From an uncultured archaeon (lineage in GTDB: Archaea; Aenigmatarchaeota; Aenigmatarchaeia; QMZP01; QMZT01), in contig CAYYKJ010000007.1 of NCBI GenBank assembly GCA_964441265.1, positions 1-64,000 on the forward strand: DNA of 64,000 nucleotides, read 5' to 3'. Made by a program: the position numbers and the translations under genes. Numbering within the stretch: position 1 is the first letter of the stretch; each line of letters starts with the position of its first letter. Shown piece after piece: positions 20,387-29,582 of this stretch. A model generated the notes under the pieces. It saw nothing but the letters and a program-made list of their open reading frames with translations, did no database searches and had not been told where the DNA came from.

Positions 20387-20856
20387 ACTTCCCTGAACCC
20401 GAGGACCTTTCCGTCCTTCTGCCTGATCTCCAGATGGCTTATGGTTATGGGCGGGTTCTCGAGGAATTTCTCCACCATCCACACGTCCTGGGGGACCACT
20501 TTTTCATCCTTCAGTTCGTTTATCCAGAACCATTTTAGCTGCCCTTCTTTCGTTCCCCTCACTCTATTCTCTTCGGTTTCCGCGTGGGCGAGGAACACCA
20601 CCCCGGAAAAGACCACGCTCTTGTCCTCCTTCAGCCTCTCGTGTATTACGGACCTTATACCTTCTATCTTGGTTTTCAGTCCGGTTTCCTCCCTGATCTC
20701 CCTGGCCGCCGCCTCCTCCACGCTCTCGTCAGACTCCATCTTTCCCCCTATTAATGCCCAGTATCCCTTGTAGGGAGGGGAATTCCTATTTACGAGCAGG
20801 ATCTGGTCACCGCAGGTCACCATGCATATGACCATGGGAACCGGTCTTTTTTCCAT
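20383..20856 (-). CDS. NUDIX hydrolase
   Basis: Nudix box GGKMESDESVEEAAAREIREETGL. Confidence 0.8.
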   Translation of the reverse strand: MEKRPVPMVICMVTCGDQILLVNRNSPPYKGYWALIGGKMESDESVEEAAAREIREETGLKTKIEGIRSVIHERLKEDKSVVFSGVVFLAHAETEENRVRGTKEGQLKWFWINELKDEKVVPQDVWMVEKFLENPPITISHLEIRQKDGKVLGFREV

Positions 20857-20907
20857 GATAATTCATTGTCACTTTCCCTTAAAAAATGGGATTAGAAAAA
20901 GAATGAA

Positions 20908-21147
20908 TGGGCCCGACGGGAATTCCACGTTGCCTTTTTGGCAGGCGTAGGTTTTGTGACCTGCGCCAGCGTCCGTAAAAGCTACGCTTCGAACCCGCGA
21001 CACCCGGATATCTCCAGCGAAAGAAGCGCCGTTGCGCCTCTTGCCTTGTCATCCCCGTTAAGGTCATCATATCCGATAAGAGTCCGGTGCTCTAAATGTC
21101 CGGAAGTCCGCTTATGCGGAAAACCCGCCAGACTGAGCTACGGGCCC
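20908..21147 (-). tRNA. tRNA-Lys(CTT) with three introns (D-loop, anticodon loop 37/38, T-loop)
   Basis: Minus strand: GGGCCCG-TA-GCTC-AGTCTGG[intron]TAGAGC-A-CCGGA-CTCTTA[intron]A-TCCGG-GTGTC-GCGGG-TTCGAA[intron]T-CCCGT-CGGGCCC-A. The seven acceptor pairs are complementary. Confidence 0.55.
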
Positions 21148-21256
21148 ATTATTAGGGAGACAGCTTGTTTCAATGGGTTGGAGCTGTCATGCTCTGTGAG
21201 TTATTAATATAGATAAGGGAATTTATTTAAATTTGCAAAATCAGGAAAAACGGATT

Positions 21257-21454
21257 TTATTTCGTCCTTTTGTCCCGTGTGACGGTCTTCCACTGCCATT
21301 TGGCCTTCTTCATCCTGGCAGATTTGCCGAATCCGCAGGCTGCGCACACGCCCTTCGTGGCGTGGAATGCATGGCGGCCGCACCTACGGCAGAGTACGTG
21401 GGTCTTCCCCTGATGTTTGCCGAAGCTGGGTGTTCCTTTTGACATGAGAATCAT
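21257..21454 (-). CDS. rpl37e: ribosomal protein L37e
   Basis: [25 protein letters not shown]…CAACG zinc ribbon. Confidence 0.85.
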   Translation of the reverse strand: MILMSKGTPSFGKHQGKTHVLCRRCGRHAFHATKGVCAACGFGKSARMKKAKWQWKTVTRDKRTK

Positions 21455-21462
21455 TCCTCATA

Positions 21463-21696
21463 TTATTTTGCGGGCGAAATCAGAACTATGTTGTCTCCTC
21501 TCACGAGGACGGTTCCTAGCTTGACGTTGCTCTCCCCGTCGTTAGACTGGACCTCTGCCTCCTCGAGCCATATGTTCAGGTGCGAATCAAAGGCCTTCAG
21601 GATGCCCGTGATTTTGTCCCTGTTCTTGACCTGTATTATTATCCTCTTGTTTTCGGAGCTTCCAAGAACGTCCAATGGTCTTTGCTGCATTTTCAA
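21463..21696 (-). CDS. Sm-like archaeal protein (LSm)
   Basis: Sm1/Sm2 pattern (PLDVL…GILKAFDSHLNIWL…VRGDNIVLI), adjacent to L37e as in many archaea. Confidence 0.8.
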   Translation of the reverse strand: MKMQQRPLDVLGSSENKRIIIQVKNRDKITGILKAFDSHLNIWLEEAEVQSNDGESNVKLGTVLVRGDNIVLISPAK

Positions 21697-21809
21697 ACCT
21701 CCTGTAAATCAGCTAACAGTGAATACACTCTATTTGATTCATTTATTTAAAAGCATATATTTATAAGTATTTACGGTTTTATAGTGTAATAATACCAATA
21801 TTCAGCGGT

Positions 21810-22205
21810 GTGAAAATGACCAAGTGGCACAGGAAATCCAAGAGATCCCTGACCGGGAGAAGGGTGAGGCATTCCAGGAAGAAGAAGAAATTCGAGAAGG
21901 GAAACGTGTTTCTGGAGACCAGGATAGGCAAGAGAAGCGTGAAGGTCCAGAAGACAATAGGCGGAAACAAAAAATTAAAGGTCCTGTCCGTTGAGAGGAT
22001 CAACGTGGCGGACCCCAAGAAGGGGACGATAAAGAGCGTAAAGGTCGAGTCCGTCGAGAAGAACCCCGCCAATCCGCATTACGTCCGAAGGAACGTGATC
22101 ACCAAGGGAGCGGTGGTCAAGACCGAACTGGGATCGGCCAGAGTGACCTCCAAGCCCGGACAGCACGGAATCGTGAACGCCGTACTAGCCGAGGAAAAGA
22201 AGTGA
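21810..22205 (+). CDS. rps8e: ribosomal protein S8e
   Basis: HRKSKRSLTGRR…TKGAVVKTELGSARVTSKPGQHGIVNAVLAE. Confidence 0.85.
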   Translation: MKMTKWHRKSKRSLTGRRVRHSRKKKKFEKGNVFLETRIGKRSVKVQKTIGGNKKLKVLSVERINVADPKKGTIKSVKVESVEKNPANPHYVRRNVITKGAVVKTELGSARVTSKPGQHGIVNAVLAEEKK

Positions 22206-22236
22206 ATCCCGTTACACGTTCCGTTTTAGAATCTTA

Positions 22237-22611
22237 TTGTCATATTCAACTTCTATGGGAAATTTATACGGAGAAATAGCGGATAAGCTTAGTGTTTGCG
22301 TGGGTGATTGGAATGAATATCCGTTACTTGAAGGGGATTCCCCTCAGGAGGGAGGCGTTAATGGGATTTTCCAGGAAATCGACGGTCCTTATTCGGAGAA
22401 GATGCCTGTCGTAGCAGCGGCAGCGGATAAGTTCGGTCTGGGATCGGGAGAAGTTCACGAACTCATTAAAATGACTATGAATGATCATTTCAGTAAGAAC
22501 AAAACCAGCAAGAAATCGATAGAACTTTCTTATCTCACCTGGTGCGAGATTTTTCGGATGGAGCCCGGTAAGGGTTACCTGAATGAATTGCTGAAATTGT
22601 CCAAAAAATAG
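22237..22611 (+). CDS. hypothetical protein
   Basis: ORF only; codon usage is plausible. Confidence 0.35.
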   Translation: MSYSTSMGNLYGEIADKLSVCVGDWNEYPLLEGDSPQEGGVNGIFQEIDGPYSEKMPVVAAAADKFGLGSGEVHELIKMTMNDHFSKNKTSKKSIELSYLTWCEIFRMEPGKGYLNELLKLSKK

Positions 22612-22612
22612 C

Positions 22613-22930
22613 CTATTTCAGCTCGATGTCGATCTTGACGCCCTCGGGGATCGGTATCCTGACCACCTGTCTGAGGGCGCGCTCGTTGGCCCCGATGTCC
22701 ACGATCCTCTTGTGTATGCGCATCTCGTACCTGTCGTAAGTGGCGTTTCCGTGCCCCGTCCCGTCGCCGCAGGGGGTCTTCATGGTGGTGACCTTGAGCT
22801 TCTTTGTCGGGAGGGGTATCGGTCCCCGGGTGGACACGCCGTATTTCTTGGCGATCTCCCTGATATCTTCGCATATCTGCTCGAGTTCCTTTATGTCCCT
22901 TCCGGCAATCTTGATGCGGGCATATTCCAT
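22613..22930 (-). CDS. rps10: ribosomal protein S10 (uS10)
   Basis: KIAGRDIKELEQ…GVSTRGPIPLPTK…YEMRIHKRIVDI. Confidence 0.85.
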   Translation of the reverse strand: MEYARIKIAGRDIKELEQICEDIREIAKKYGVSTRGPIPLPTKKLKVTTMKTPCGDGTGHGNATYDRYEMRIHKRIVDIGANERALRQVVRIPIPEGVKIDIELK

Positions 22931-22959
22931 ATTATCACGTTGACTCCGTTCTTAAATAA

Positions 22960-23442
22960 CTACCTCTTTGACCTCTGCTTGTATCTTCTTGCTCCCTGGG
23001 ATGATCTGGGGGGCTTGTGGGGCTCGGTCCTGCGGGGATCGTACGCGAGCATGTTGCGGTCGTAATCCATCAACTTTTCCCTGATACCCGATCCGAATAT
23101 CTCCACCAGGGCCTTGCCTATTGCCTGCCTGGCAGCGGATGCCTGGCCCATCACTCCTCCTCCCTTGACGTTTATGATGAAATCGTATTTCTTCCAGTCC
23201 GCACCGGACACTATGAGGGGCTCCATCACCCTCAGCCTGTATACCTCATTGGTCTCGTTTTCGATGAGATTGTAATTTATCTTTATCTTTCCGGAGCCCT
23301 TCCTGACCACCGCACGGGCTACGGATCTCTTCCTCTTCCCCGTGCTGTGGAGGGGCAGCTTCTTCGCTTTTGGGGTCTCCTTTTTCTTCCCTGCCTTCTC
23401 TTCCTTTGAAGCCTTTTTCTTTTCTGTCATGATATCACTCAA
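22960..23442 (-). CDS. rps9: ribosomal protein S9 (uS9)
   Basis: GKRKRSVARAVV…VKGGGVMGQASAARQAIGKAL…RYKQRSKR C-terminus. Confidence 0.85.
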   Translation of the reverse strand: MSDIMTEKKKASKEEKAGKKKETPKAKKLPLHSTGKRKRSVARAVVRKGSGKIKINYNLIENETNEVYRLRVMEPLIVSGADWKKYDFIINVKGGGVMGQASAARQAIGKALVEIFGSGIREKLMDYDRNMLAYDPRRTEPHKPPRSSQGARRYKQRSKR

Positions 23443-23899
23443 GTTTCGCCCCCAGCCCCCTGCTTATCTTTTCCAGTGTGACATATTTGTGGACGAGTTT
23501 GTTCTTGGTCTTTTCTATGGTCTCGAAATCACTGTCTTTGAATTCTTCGGGGACGGACATAAATACCCTCAGGCGCCTCATGGCGTTCCTGCCCTTCGGC
23601 TCCCTGCGGGGAACCATGCCTCTGACGATCCTTCTCAGGATGTCCTCGGGCCTTTTGGGGTAGAATGGCCCGTGATAAGGATCTCCTCTTCTCCTCTTCT
23701 TCTTGTAGGTCTCGAGTATGACTTCCGGTTTCCCGGATATTACCGCCTTCTCGGCGTTTGCTATGTATACCCTCTTTCCCCCCATCAGCATCTTGGCGGC
23801 GCAGGAGGCGACCCTGCCGGCTATACAGTTATCGGCGTTTATGAACATCTCCCCGGAATTCCCTGTCTTCTTCTCCCTTTCAGCGCTCTTTCCTGGCAT
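23435..23899 (-). CDS. rpl13: ribosomal protein L13 (uL13)
   Basis: INADNCIAGRVAS…GPFYPKRPEDILRRIVRGMVP. Confidence 0.85.
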   Translation of the reverse strand: MPGKSAEREKKTGNSGEMFINADNCIAGRVASCAAKMLMGGKRVYIANAEKAVISGKPEVILETYKKKRRRGDPYHGPFYPKRPEDILRRIVRGMVPRREPKGRNAMRRLRVFMSVPEEFKDSDFETIEKTKNKLVHKYVTLEKISRGLGAKLE

Positions 23900-23900
23900 T

Positions 23901-24251
23901 TTATCCCATTATCCTTGCCTTCGGCGTCTTTTCGGCGAATTCCTCTATGCTCATGCATTTTCCCCCGGCCTTTCCGATTTTCTCCCTCGCGGAACCGGAG
24001 AATTTCAGGGCATACACGTTGACTGCCTTGGATATGTCCCCGTTCCCCAGTACGGTTCCCGGGACCACTATGTTCTCCTTGGGCATGGAGAACCTCTCGA
24101 TCCTGTCCAGGTTCACCTCGTATCCGACCCTGGATGGCCTGTTTATCCCCCTGGCTATGGCCATGAATATGGGCTTCTTCTCCTTCCTAGACCTTTGCCT
24201 GAGGTTTTCTATCATTTCCTTCGTTGCCGGGTTTTTGTCCCTCGCTTTCAT
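23901..24251 (-). CDS. rpl18e: ribosomal protein L18e
   Basis: VNLDRIERF…VVPGTVLGNG…ALKFSGSAREKIGKAGG. Confidence 0.8.
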   Translation of the reverse strand: MKARDKNPATKEMIENLRQRSRKEKKPIFMAIARGINRPSRVGYEVNLDRIERFSMPKENIVVPGTVLGNGDISKAVNVYALKFSGSAREKIGKAGGKCMSIEEFAEKTPKARIMG

Positions 24252-24375
24252 GTTTTCACCATGAATCGGTATAAAGTGTATAGTCTATTAAGTTTATAAA
24301 TATTTAAATAAGAGCACACGGAGCGGGTATCGGTCGCTGCGGAGGGCCTTGCTTTTGGGGGACAGAGCCGTTTCC

Positions 24376-25155
24376 TTATATTTTCCCCCTCTCAGGCGCC
24401 TCCGGGCAGTCGCAGCCCCTCTTTTCGGGTATATTGGGAATCAGAACCTTCAGGAGCCTTTCCAGGTTGTCCGAATTCCCCTTCATGGTCTCCAGAACGT
24501 CGGAGACCTCCACCGCCTTCTCTTTGTAAACGTCATAATCCGTTATCATGGCGATGACGGAGTAGCAGATTCCCCTTTCCCTGGCCAGAACCGCCTCGGG
24601 TATGCAGGTCATCCCTATTATGTCGGCGAATTTCCTGAACATGCGCGATTCCGCCCTGGTGGAGAATCTGGGGCCCGGGACCCGGAGATACGTCCCCTTA
24701 TCGTGGGATTTTATTCCCACCTCTTCCGCCGACCTGATCATGGATTCCCTGATTTCAGGACAGAAAGGGTCTGCAAAGGCTATGTGGCGCACGTCCGGCC
24801 CGTCGTAGAAGGTGGTCACTTCCCTCCCCATGTCTATCAGCTGGTCGGGGAAAACGAAATCCCCCGGGTGGAGGTCATCCCTGAGCGAGCCGACCGCAGC
24901 GGTGCCTATGATCCTTTCGACGCCCATGTCCTCCATGGCCCGGACGTTCGCCCGGAAATTGATCGCGTGAGGGGGTATGGTATGCCCGCTCCCGTGCCTG
25001 AACAGGAATGCGACCCTTTTCCCGTGAAATTTTCCCACGATTATTTCGCTGGAGGGCTTCCCGTACCTGTTTTCGGGGCTCGTTTTCTCCGGTTTTTCCA
25101 GCATCCCTTCGGAATAAATGCCGGTTCCCCCTATGATTCCGATATCAGCTTTCAT
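24376..25155 (-). CDS. mtnP: S-methyl-5'-thioadenosine phosphorylase (PNP family)
   Basis: IGIIGGTG…FLFRHGSGH…GMTCIPEAVLARERGICYSVIAMITDYD. Confidence 0.8.
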   Translation of the reverse strand: MKADIGIIGGTGIYSEGMLEKPEKTSPENRYGKPSSEIIVGKFHGKRVAFLFRHGSGHTIPPHAINFRANVRAMEDMGVERIIGTAAVGSLRDDLHPGDFVFPDQLIDMGREVTTFYDGPDVRHIAFADPFCPEIRESMIRSAEEVGIKSHDKGTYLRVPGPRFSTRAESRMFRKFADIIGMTCIPEAVLARERGICYSVIAMITDYDVYKEKAVEVSDVLETMKGNSDNLERLLKVLIPNIPEKRGCDCPEAPERGKI

Positions 25156-25233
25156 GTCGGCCGCACCGCCCTTAAATAGATTATTATATTTATAAATTAT
25201 ATATTAACTGAATCGTTAAGCAGGAGGGCCGGA

Positions 25234-26274
25234 ATGGTAAAGGAAAAACCAAAAGAGAACCTGATGGTACTGTGCGTAGACAGGGACAATGACATAGGCG
25301 AAAAACTGGGCATCTCCGGACCCGTGACGGGCAGGAACAGCATAGTCAAGGTGGCCACAGACCTCAGCATGAAGGATCCTGAGGAGAGCGATGCAAACGC
25401 CCTTTTCGGGGCGGTGAAGCTTCTGGACGAACTCAAGGACAAATACAGCACCGAGGTATCGGTGATTACCGGTTCTAAGAGCAGGGGCGTGGATTCCGAC
25501 AGGGAGGTCGCCAGGCAGCTTGACCATGTCCTCTCCAAGAGACCCAGCGATTTCGTTATACTCGTTTCAGACGGCAAGGACGACGAGTACGTGATACCCA
25601 TAATACAGTCCAAGGTCCCGATACTCTCGGTAAAGAGGATAATAGTCAGGCAGTCGGAGCAGCTCGAATCATCCTACTACAAGATAAAGGACTTTCTGAA
25701 CGAGACCATGGAAAACCCCAAGTTTTCCAGGATGCTTTTCGGCATACCCGCGGTGGTCCTGCTGGTCTGGGCCCTTTTCGGATACGAGGGATGGCGCCTG
25801 ATACTGGGCATAGTCGGTGCTTACCTCTTCATAAAGGGCTTCAAGCTGGAGGATTACGTAGTGGGCATTTTCGACGAGCTGAAAAACTCATTCACCAAGC
25901 GTAGATTCGCATTCTTCGTGTATATAGTTTCATTCGCAATAGTCGCACTTGCCCTTTACAGGGGTTACGTATCGGTAATGGAATTCGCGAACATAGGGCT
26001 TTTCGAGAGCATGGCTGCCTTCCTGATAGCTTCGGTATATTTTTTCTGGATAGCCGGGACAATAGCCTGGCTGGGCAACAACATCTCCCTGGGAACTAAA
26101 TCCTCTTCCAGAATGGCCTCGGTTCCGATTTTCGGGCTCGCGGTTGCCATAGTGCTCTACAACGTTTCGGAGATAATACTCAATCCGGAGATATCATCCT
26201 TCAATTTCATAATCTCCATAGCGTTGGGCTTCGTGATAGCCTTCATAGCGCTTTCCCTGGAAGCCGTGGACTGA
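25234..26274 (+). CDS. DUF373-family archaeal membrane protein
   Basis: N-terminal LCVDRDNDIG motif plus a C-terminal polytopic region. Confidence 0.6.
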   Translation: MVKEKPKENLMVLCVDRDNDIGEKLGISGPVTGRNSIVKVATDLSMKDPEESDANALFGAVKLLDELKDKYSTEVSVITGSKSRGVDSDREVARQLDHVLSKRPSDFVILVSDGKDDEYVIPIIQSKVPILSVKRIIVRQSEQLESSYYKIKDFLNETMENPKFSRMLFGIPAVVLLVWALFGYEGWRLILGIVGAYLFIKGFKLEDYVVGIFDELKNSFTKRRFAFFVYIVSFAIVALALYRGYVSVMEFANIGLFESMAAFLIASVYFFWIAGTIAWLGNNISLGTKSSSRMASVPIFGLAVAIVLYNVSEIILNPEISSFNFIISIALGFVIAFIALSLEAVD

Positions 26275-26275
26275 T

Positions 26276-27283
26276 TCATTCCAGGACCTTTTCCGCGGTC
26301 TTATCTTTGTCAGGTTCCTTTTTCTCCGGGGGCTTTTCCTGCTTTGCATTCCCCTTTTCATACCCTTCCTTCCCTTGCAGCTTCCCCTGGAGAAGGACAA
26401 TGTTCCTGTTGCATTCGTCTTTTATCTTCCTGAACGCCTCCCTGCTCATCTGCTTTTTCTCATGTTTCTCGGCCGCTATCTCCTTCGCCCTTGACAGTTC
26501 CCCTATCTTCTTCTTTATCTCTTCCTCGCTCATGTCCTGCTTTATCTTCTTGAGCTCCATTGCCTCCAGGGCGTCCTCCATGTCCCTCTGGGTCTTCTCC
26601 TTTTCCAGCTGCATCTCTGCTTCCTTTTCTGCCCTCTCTTTTTCCAGCTTCGCGAACTCCTCTTCCCTGCTTTCCTCCACTTTATCATCTCCCCTTTCAG
26701 ATGGCTTCGGTATGTCCTTCGGGAAATCCCATTCAACCGAAAACGAAACCATTTCAATGCCGAACCCGGTGAGTATCCCCCCCGTTTTCTCTTCCATCTC
26801 CTTTCCGATTTTCTCCCTCAGTGATCCGTTCCTGCTGACTTCGAGCAGGCCGAGACCGCTCAGATGGGGCGCTATCACGCCTGAAATCAGCTCCATGTAT
26901 ATCTCATTCCAGAGATCGTCCTCGTAGAGCATTTCCTTGGATTTCATCAGGTTTTCCCTGAATTCATCCACGTCCTGAACCCTGAATACTATTTCGACAT
27001 CCAGGGAGAGCTTCTGGACATCCCTGGTCCTTATTTTCCTTATCTTCTTCTCCAGCTTCCTTTCTGAGGCGTCTACGAAGAGCGCATGGGTGAAATCCGA
27101 GTTTATCGGACCGAAGGAATATGTTTTCCCTCCATCCAGTATGTTCTGGAGTATGCCGTTCTTCTCCAGAACGACCGATATGCCTTCGGCCACCTTTATA
27201 TCCTTCCTCAGAAAGCCCGGAAATTCCTCCTTGTGGAACTTCTGGGCGAGAACGTTCCCTTTACGTTTCCATTCCCTGAACAT
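26276..27283 (-). CDS. SPFH/band-7-like domain protein with long E/K-rich coiled-coil tail
   Basis: The N-terminal ~180 aa fit the SPFH pattern (VDASERKLE…VEIVFRVQDVDEF). The C-terminal ~150 aa are a charged heptad-like repeat. Confidence 0.5.
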   Translation of the reverse strand: MFREWKRKGNVLAQKFHKEEFPGFLRKDIKVAEGISVVLEKNGILQNILDGGKTYSFGPINSDFTHALFVDASERKLEKKIRKIRTRDVQKLSLDVEIVFRVQDVDEFRENLMKSKEMLYEDDLWNEIYMELISGVIAPHLSGLGLLEVSRNGSLREKIGKEMEEKTGGILTGFGIEMVSFSVEWDFPKDIPKPSERGDDKVEESREEEFAKLEKERAEKEAEMQLEKEKTQRDMEDALEAMELKKIKQDMSEEEIKKKIGELSRAKEIAAEKHEKKQMSREAFRKIKDECNRNIVLLQGKLQGKEGYEKGNAKQEKPPEKKEPDKDKTAEKVLE

Positions 27284-27371
27284 GCGCTCACCGGATTACC
27301 CTGTTTTTAAAGTATGACGAAAAAGCATAAAAATAAAGTATTTAAATTGTAAAGACCCATATTAGAGAATT

Positions 27372-27800
27372 GTGAGTGGTACTATGGCATCAATAGGAGA
27401 GGCACATGCCGAAAAACTGATAGAAGCGATGGCCAAAGAAATGGAGAAAATGGACCAGATAACCCCCCCGGAATGGGCTTCCGTAGTCAAGACGGGAGTG
27501 TCCAAGGAGAGGGCGCCCGCCCAGAAGAACTGGTGGTATGTCCGCTCCGCCTCCGTGCTGAGGAAGATTGCCAGGGGAGATGCCCTGGGGGTATCCAGGC
27601 TGAGGAGGATATACGGCTCGAGGAAGCGCAGCGGCCACAGGCCTGAACACAAGCACGTGGCTTCGGGGGCGGTCATAAGAAAGATACTCCAGCAGCTCGA
27701 GGCTGCGGAACTCGTGAAAACCGCGAAACCCCGGGGCAGGATAACCACCCCCAAGGGAAAGAAATTCATTAATGATGTTTCGAAGAAGATCGCGGGCTGA
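27372..27800 (+). CDS. rps19e: ribosomal protein S19e
   Basis: WASVVKTGVSKERAPAQKNWWYVRSASVLRKIA…GVSRLRRIYGSRKRSGHRPEH. Confidence 0.8.
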   Translation: MSGTMASIGEAHAEKLIEAMAKEMEKMDQITPPEWASVVKTGVSKERAPAQKNWWYVRSASVLRKIARGDALGVSRLRRIYGSRKRSGHRPEHKHVASGAVIRKILQQLEAAELVKTAKPRGRITTPKGKKFINDVSKKIAG

Positions 27801-27805
27801 TTGAA

Positions 27806-28087
27806 ATGAACACAATGGATCCCAACGATCTCGCCAAAGCAAGGCAGATGGAACAGATAGAGAAGACGAAGAAGAAGCTCCTTGCAAAGATACTTAGCAA
27901 GGAGGCCTACGAGAGACTCGGAAGGGTGAGATTCGCCAATCCCGAGCTTGCCTCGCAGGCGGAGCTGTACATACTTCAGGTTTACCAGGCCGGTAAGCTG
28001 GGCGGCTCCGTGAGCGACGGTCAGATGAGGGAGGTTCTGAAGGCCCTCTCGGAAGGCAAAAAGGACTTCAAGATAAAGAGGCAGTGA
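27806..28087 (+). CDS. PDCD5/TFAR19-like dsDNA-binding protein
   Basis: KILSKEAYERLGRVRFANPELASQAELYILQ pattern, in the conserved position after S19e. Confidence 0.6.
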   Translation: MNTMDPNDLAKARQMEQIEKTKKKLLAKILSKEAYERLGRVRFANPELASQAELYILQVYQAGKLGGSVSDGQMREVLKALSEGKKDFKIKRQ

Positions 28088-28091
28088 TTAC

Positions 28092-28262
28092 ATGTCGAGA
28101 AACAAGACAGCAGGAAAGAAGAAGAGGCTTTCGTCCAAAGGTAACCTCAGGCCCGCCCCCAGATGGGCCGACATAAAGAAGTTCTCCCTGAAGAGGGCCA
28201 GAACCAGGAGAATAAGGGTAAGGACGAGGAACTGGAGAAGGGGATCGGGGCTGGACGTATAG
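28092..28262 (+). CDS. rpl39e: ribosomal protein L39e (56 aa; absent from ORF track)
   Basis: MSRNKTAGKKKRLSSKGNLRPAPRWADIKKFSLKRARTRRIRVRTRNWRRGSGLDV. Confidence 0.75.
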   Translation: MSRNKTAGKKKRLSSKGNLRPAPRWADIKKFSLKRARTRRIRVRTRNWRRGSGLDV

Positions 28263-28263
28263 A

Positions 28264-28884
28264 GTGATTCTTATGGCGGAGAAAGGGAAAACCAATGACA
28301 TCGAGCGCGTGTACAGGATAAACCTCAGGAGGGCATGGCTGAACCACCCCAGGTCCAGAAGGACCAAAAAATCGATTTCTGCCATCAGGGAATTCGTCCT
28401 CAGGCACACCAAATCCGCCGACGTCAAGATATCCGGGGGCATAAACGAGTATGTTATGTCCAGGGGATTCAAGAAGCCCCCCGGGAAGATAAGCATAGAG
28501 GTCAGCGGGGATTTCGCCTCCGTGCAGGCAAAGCTTCCAGGCGAGGTCATAACGAAGAGGGAAGTCAAGAAGTCAGGCATGGGTGGCCTGAAGGAAAGGC
28601 TCATGACGAAGCGGGGCGTTACTCCTAAGAAGAAAGAGGAGATCGAGGAAAAGGCGAAGGAGGCGACCTCGGATGAGAAGATAAAGGAAGCCACCGAAAG
28701 GGTCGCCAAAGAGGAGAAGACCGAAAAGCCGTCCGGGAAGCTGGCGGAAAAGGGAAAAAAGGATACCAAAAAGAAAAAGCCGGAGAAGCCCCCCGGGAAG
28801 AAAAAGCAGAAAAAGCCAGAGACAAAGAAGGCATCAAAAAAGCCGAAAAATCAGGATAAATCTTCTAAACAGGGGAAGAAATGA
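28264..28884 (+). CDS. rpl31e: ribosomal protein L31e with ~110-aa Lys/Glu-rich C-terminal extension
   Basis: The N-terminal 90 aa match L31e (YRINLRRAW…RRTKKSISAIREFVLRHTK…DVKISGGINEYVMSRG); the remainder is a KKPE-rich tail. Confidence 0.75.
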   Translation: MILMAEKGKTNDIERVYRINLRRAWLNHPRSRRTKKSISAIREFVLRHTKSADVKISGGINEYVMSRGFKKPPGKISIEVSGDFASVQAKLPGEVITKREVKKSGMGGLKERLMTKRGVTPKKKEEIEEKAKEATSDEKIKEATERVAKEEKTEKPSGKLAEKGKKDTKKKKPEKPPGKKKQKKPETKKASKKPKNQDKSSKQGKK

Positions 28885-28888
28885 TAAA

Positions 28889-29548
28889 ATGGGTGTTGAA
28901 AGGCTCCGCTTCCGGAGAAACCCCAACATAGGGCTGTACGGGTTCTCGAACGAAAAATCATGCTTTCTGGGCAGGGTTCTCAAGAAGACCATGAGAGACA
29001 AGATCTCGGAGGCCCTGGGAACCCCCGTGATCAGCGGAACCATGATGGGCACCTCCCTGGCCGGGATATTCTCCGCCGGCAACTCCAAAGGTATAATAGT
29101 TTCTGACAAGCTTTTCGAGAACGAGATCAAGGCCCTCGAAAAGCAGACCAGCGTGCTGACCCTGAAGACCAGCTTCACCGCCCTGGGGAATCTCATTCTC
29201 TGCAACGATCACGGCTGTATCATTTCTGAGGAGATCAAAAAACATTCCGGGAAGATCAGCGATTTCCTCGGCGTCCCGGTGAAGACCGGAACGATAGCGG
29301 GTATGGATCTCGTGGGTTCCCTTGCCCTGGCCACCAACAAGGGGTGCCTCGCCTACAAGATGATCGAGACCAGCGAGGCCAAAGCGATAGGCAAGGTTCT
29401 GAAGGTGGGCGTGGACGTGGGGTCGGTAAACTTCGGGAACTACTGGGTCAGATCAGGCATCATAGCCAACTCCAGGGGCGCGGTCGTGGGAGAGCAGACC
29501 AGCGGGCCGGAACTGGGGATAATCGCGGAGACGCTGGGGTTCGTGTAA
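28889..29548 (+). CDS. eif6: translation initiation factor 6 (aIF6)
   Basis: NPNIGLYGFSNEKSCFLG…ALGNLILCNDHGCIIS, with pseudo-5-fold repeats. Confidence 0.8.
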   Translation: MGVERLRFRRNPNIGLYGFSNEKSCFLGRVLKKTMRDKISEALGTPVISGTMMGTSLAGIFSAGNSKGIIVSDKLFENEIKALEKQTSVLTLKTSFTALGNLILCNDHGCIISEEIKKHSGKISDFLGVPVKTGTIAGMDLVGSLALATNKGCLAYKMIETSEAKAIGKVLKVGVDVGSVNFGNYWVRSGIIANSRGAVVGEQTSGPELGIIAETLGFV

Positions 29549-29582
29549 GTAATAATATAAGCCACAAACGGAAATCTTTTCC

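Noticed and set aside
20879-21207. ORFs 20879-21070 (-) and 20938-21207 (+)
   Set aside because: The region is a multi-intron tRNA-Lys gene.
24349-25179. 276-aa plus-strand ORF antisense to MTAP
   Set aside because: MTAP on the minus strand has clear PNP-family motifs; the antisense translation is low-complexity.
28068-28769. 233-aa minus-strand ORF over L39e/L31e
   Set aside because: Pro/Ser/Phe-rich antisense artefact; the plus-strand r-proteins are clear.
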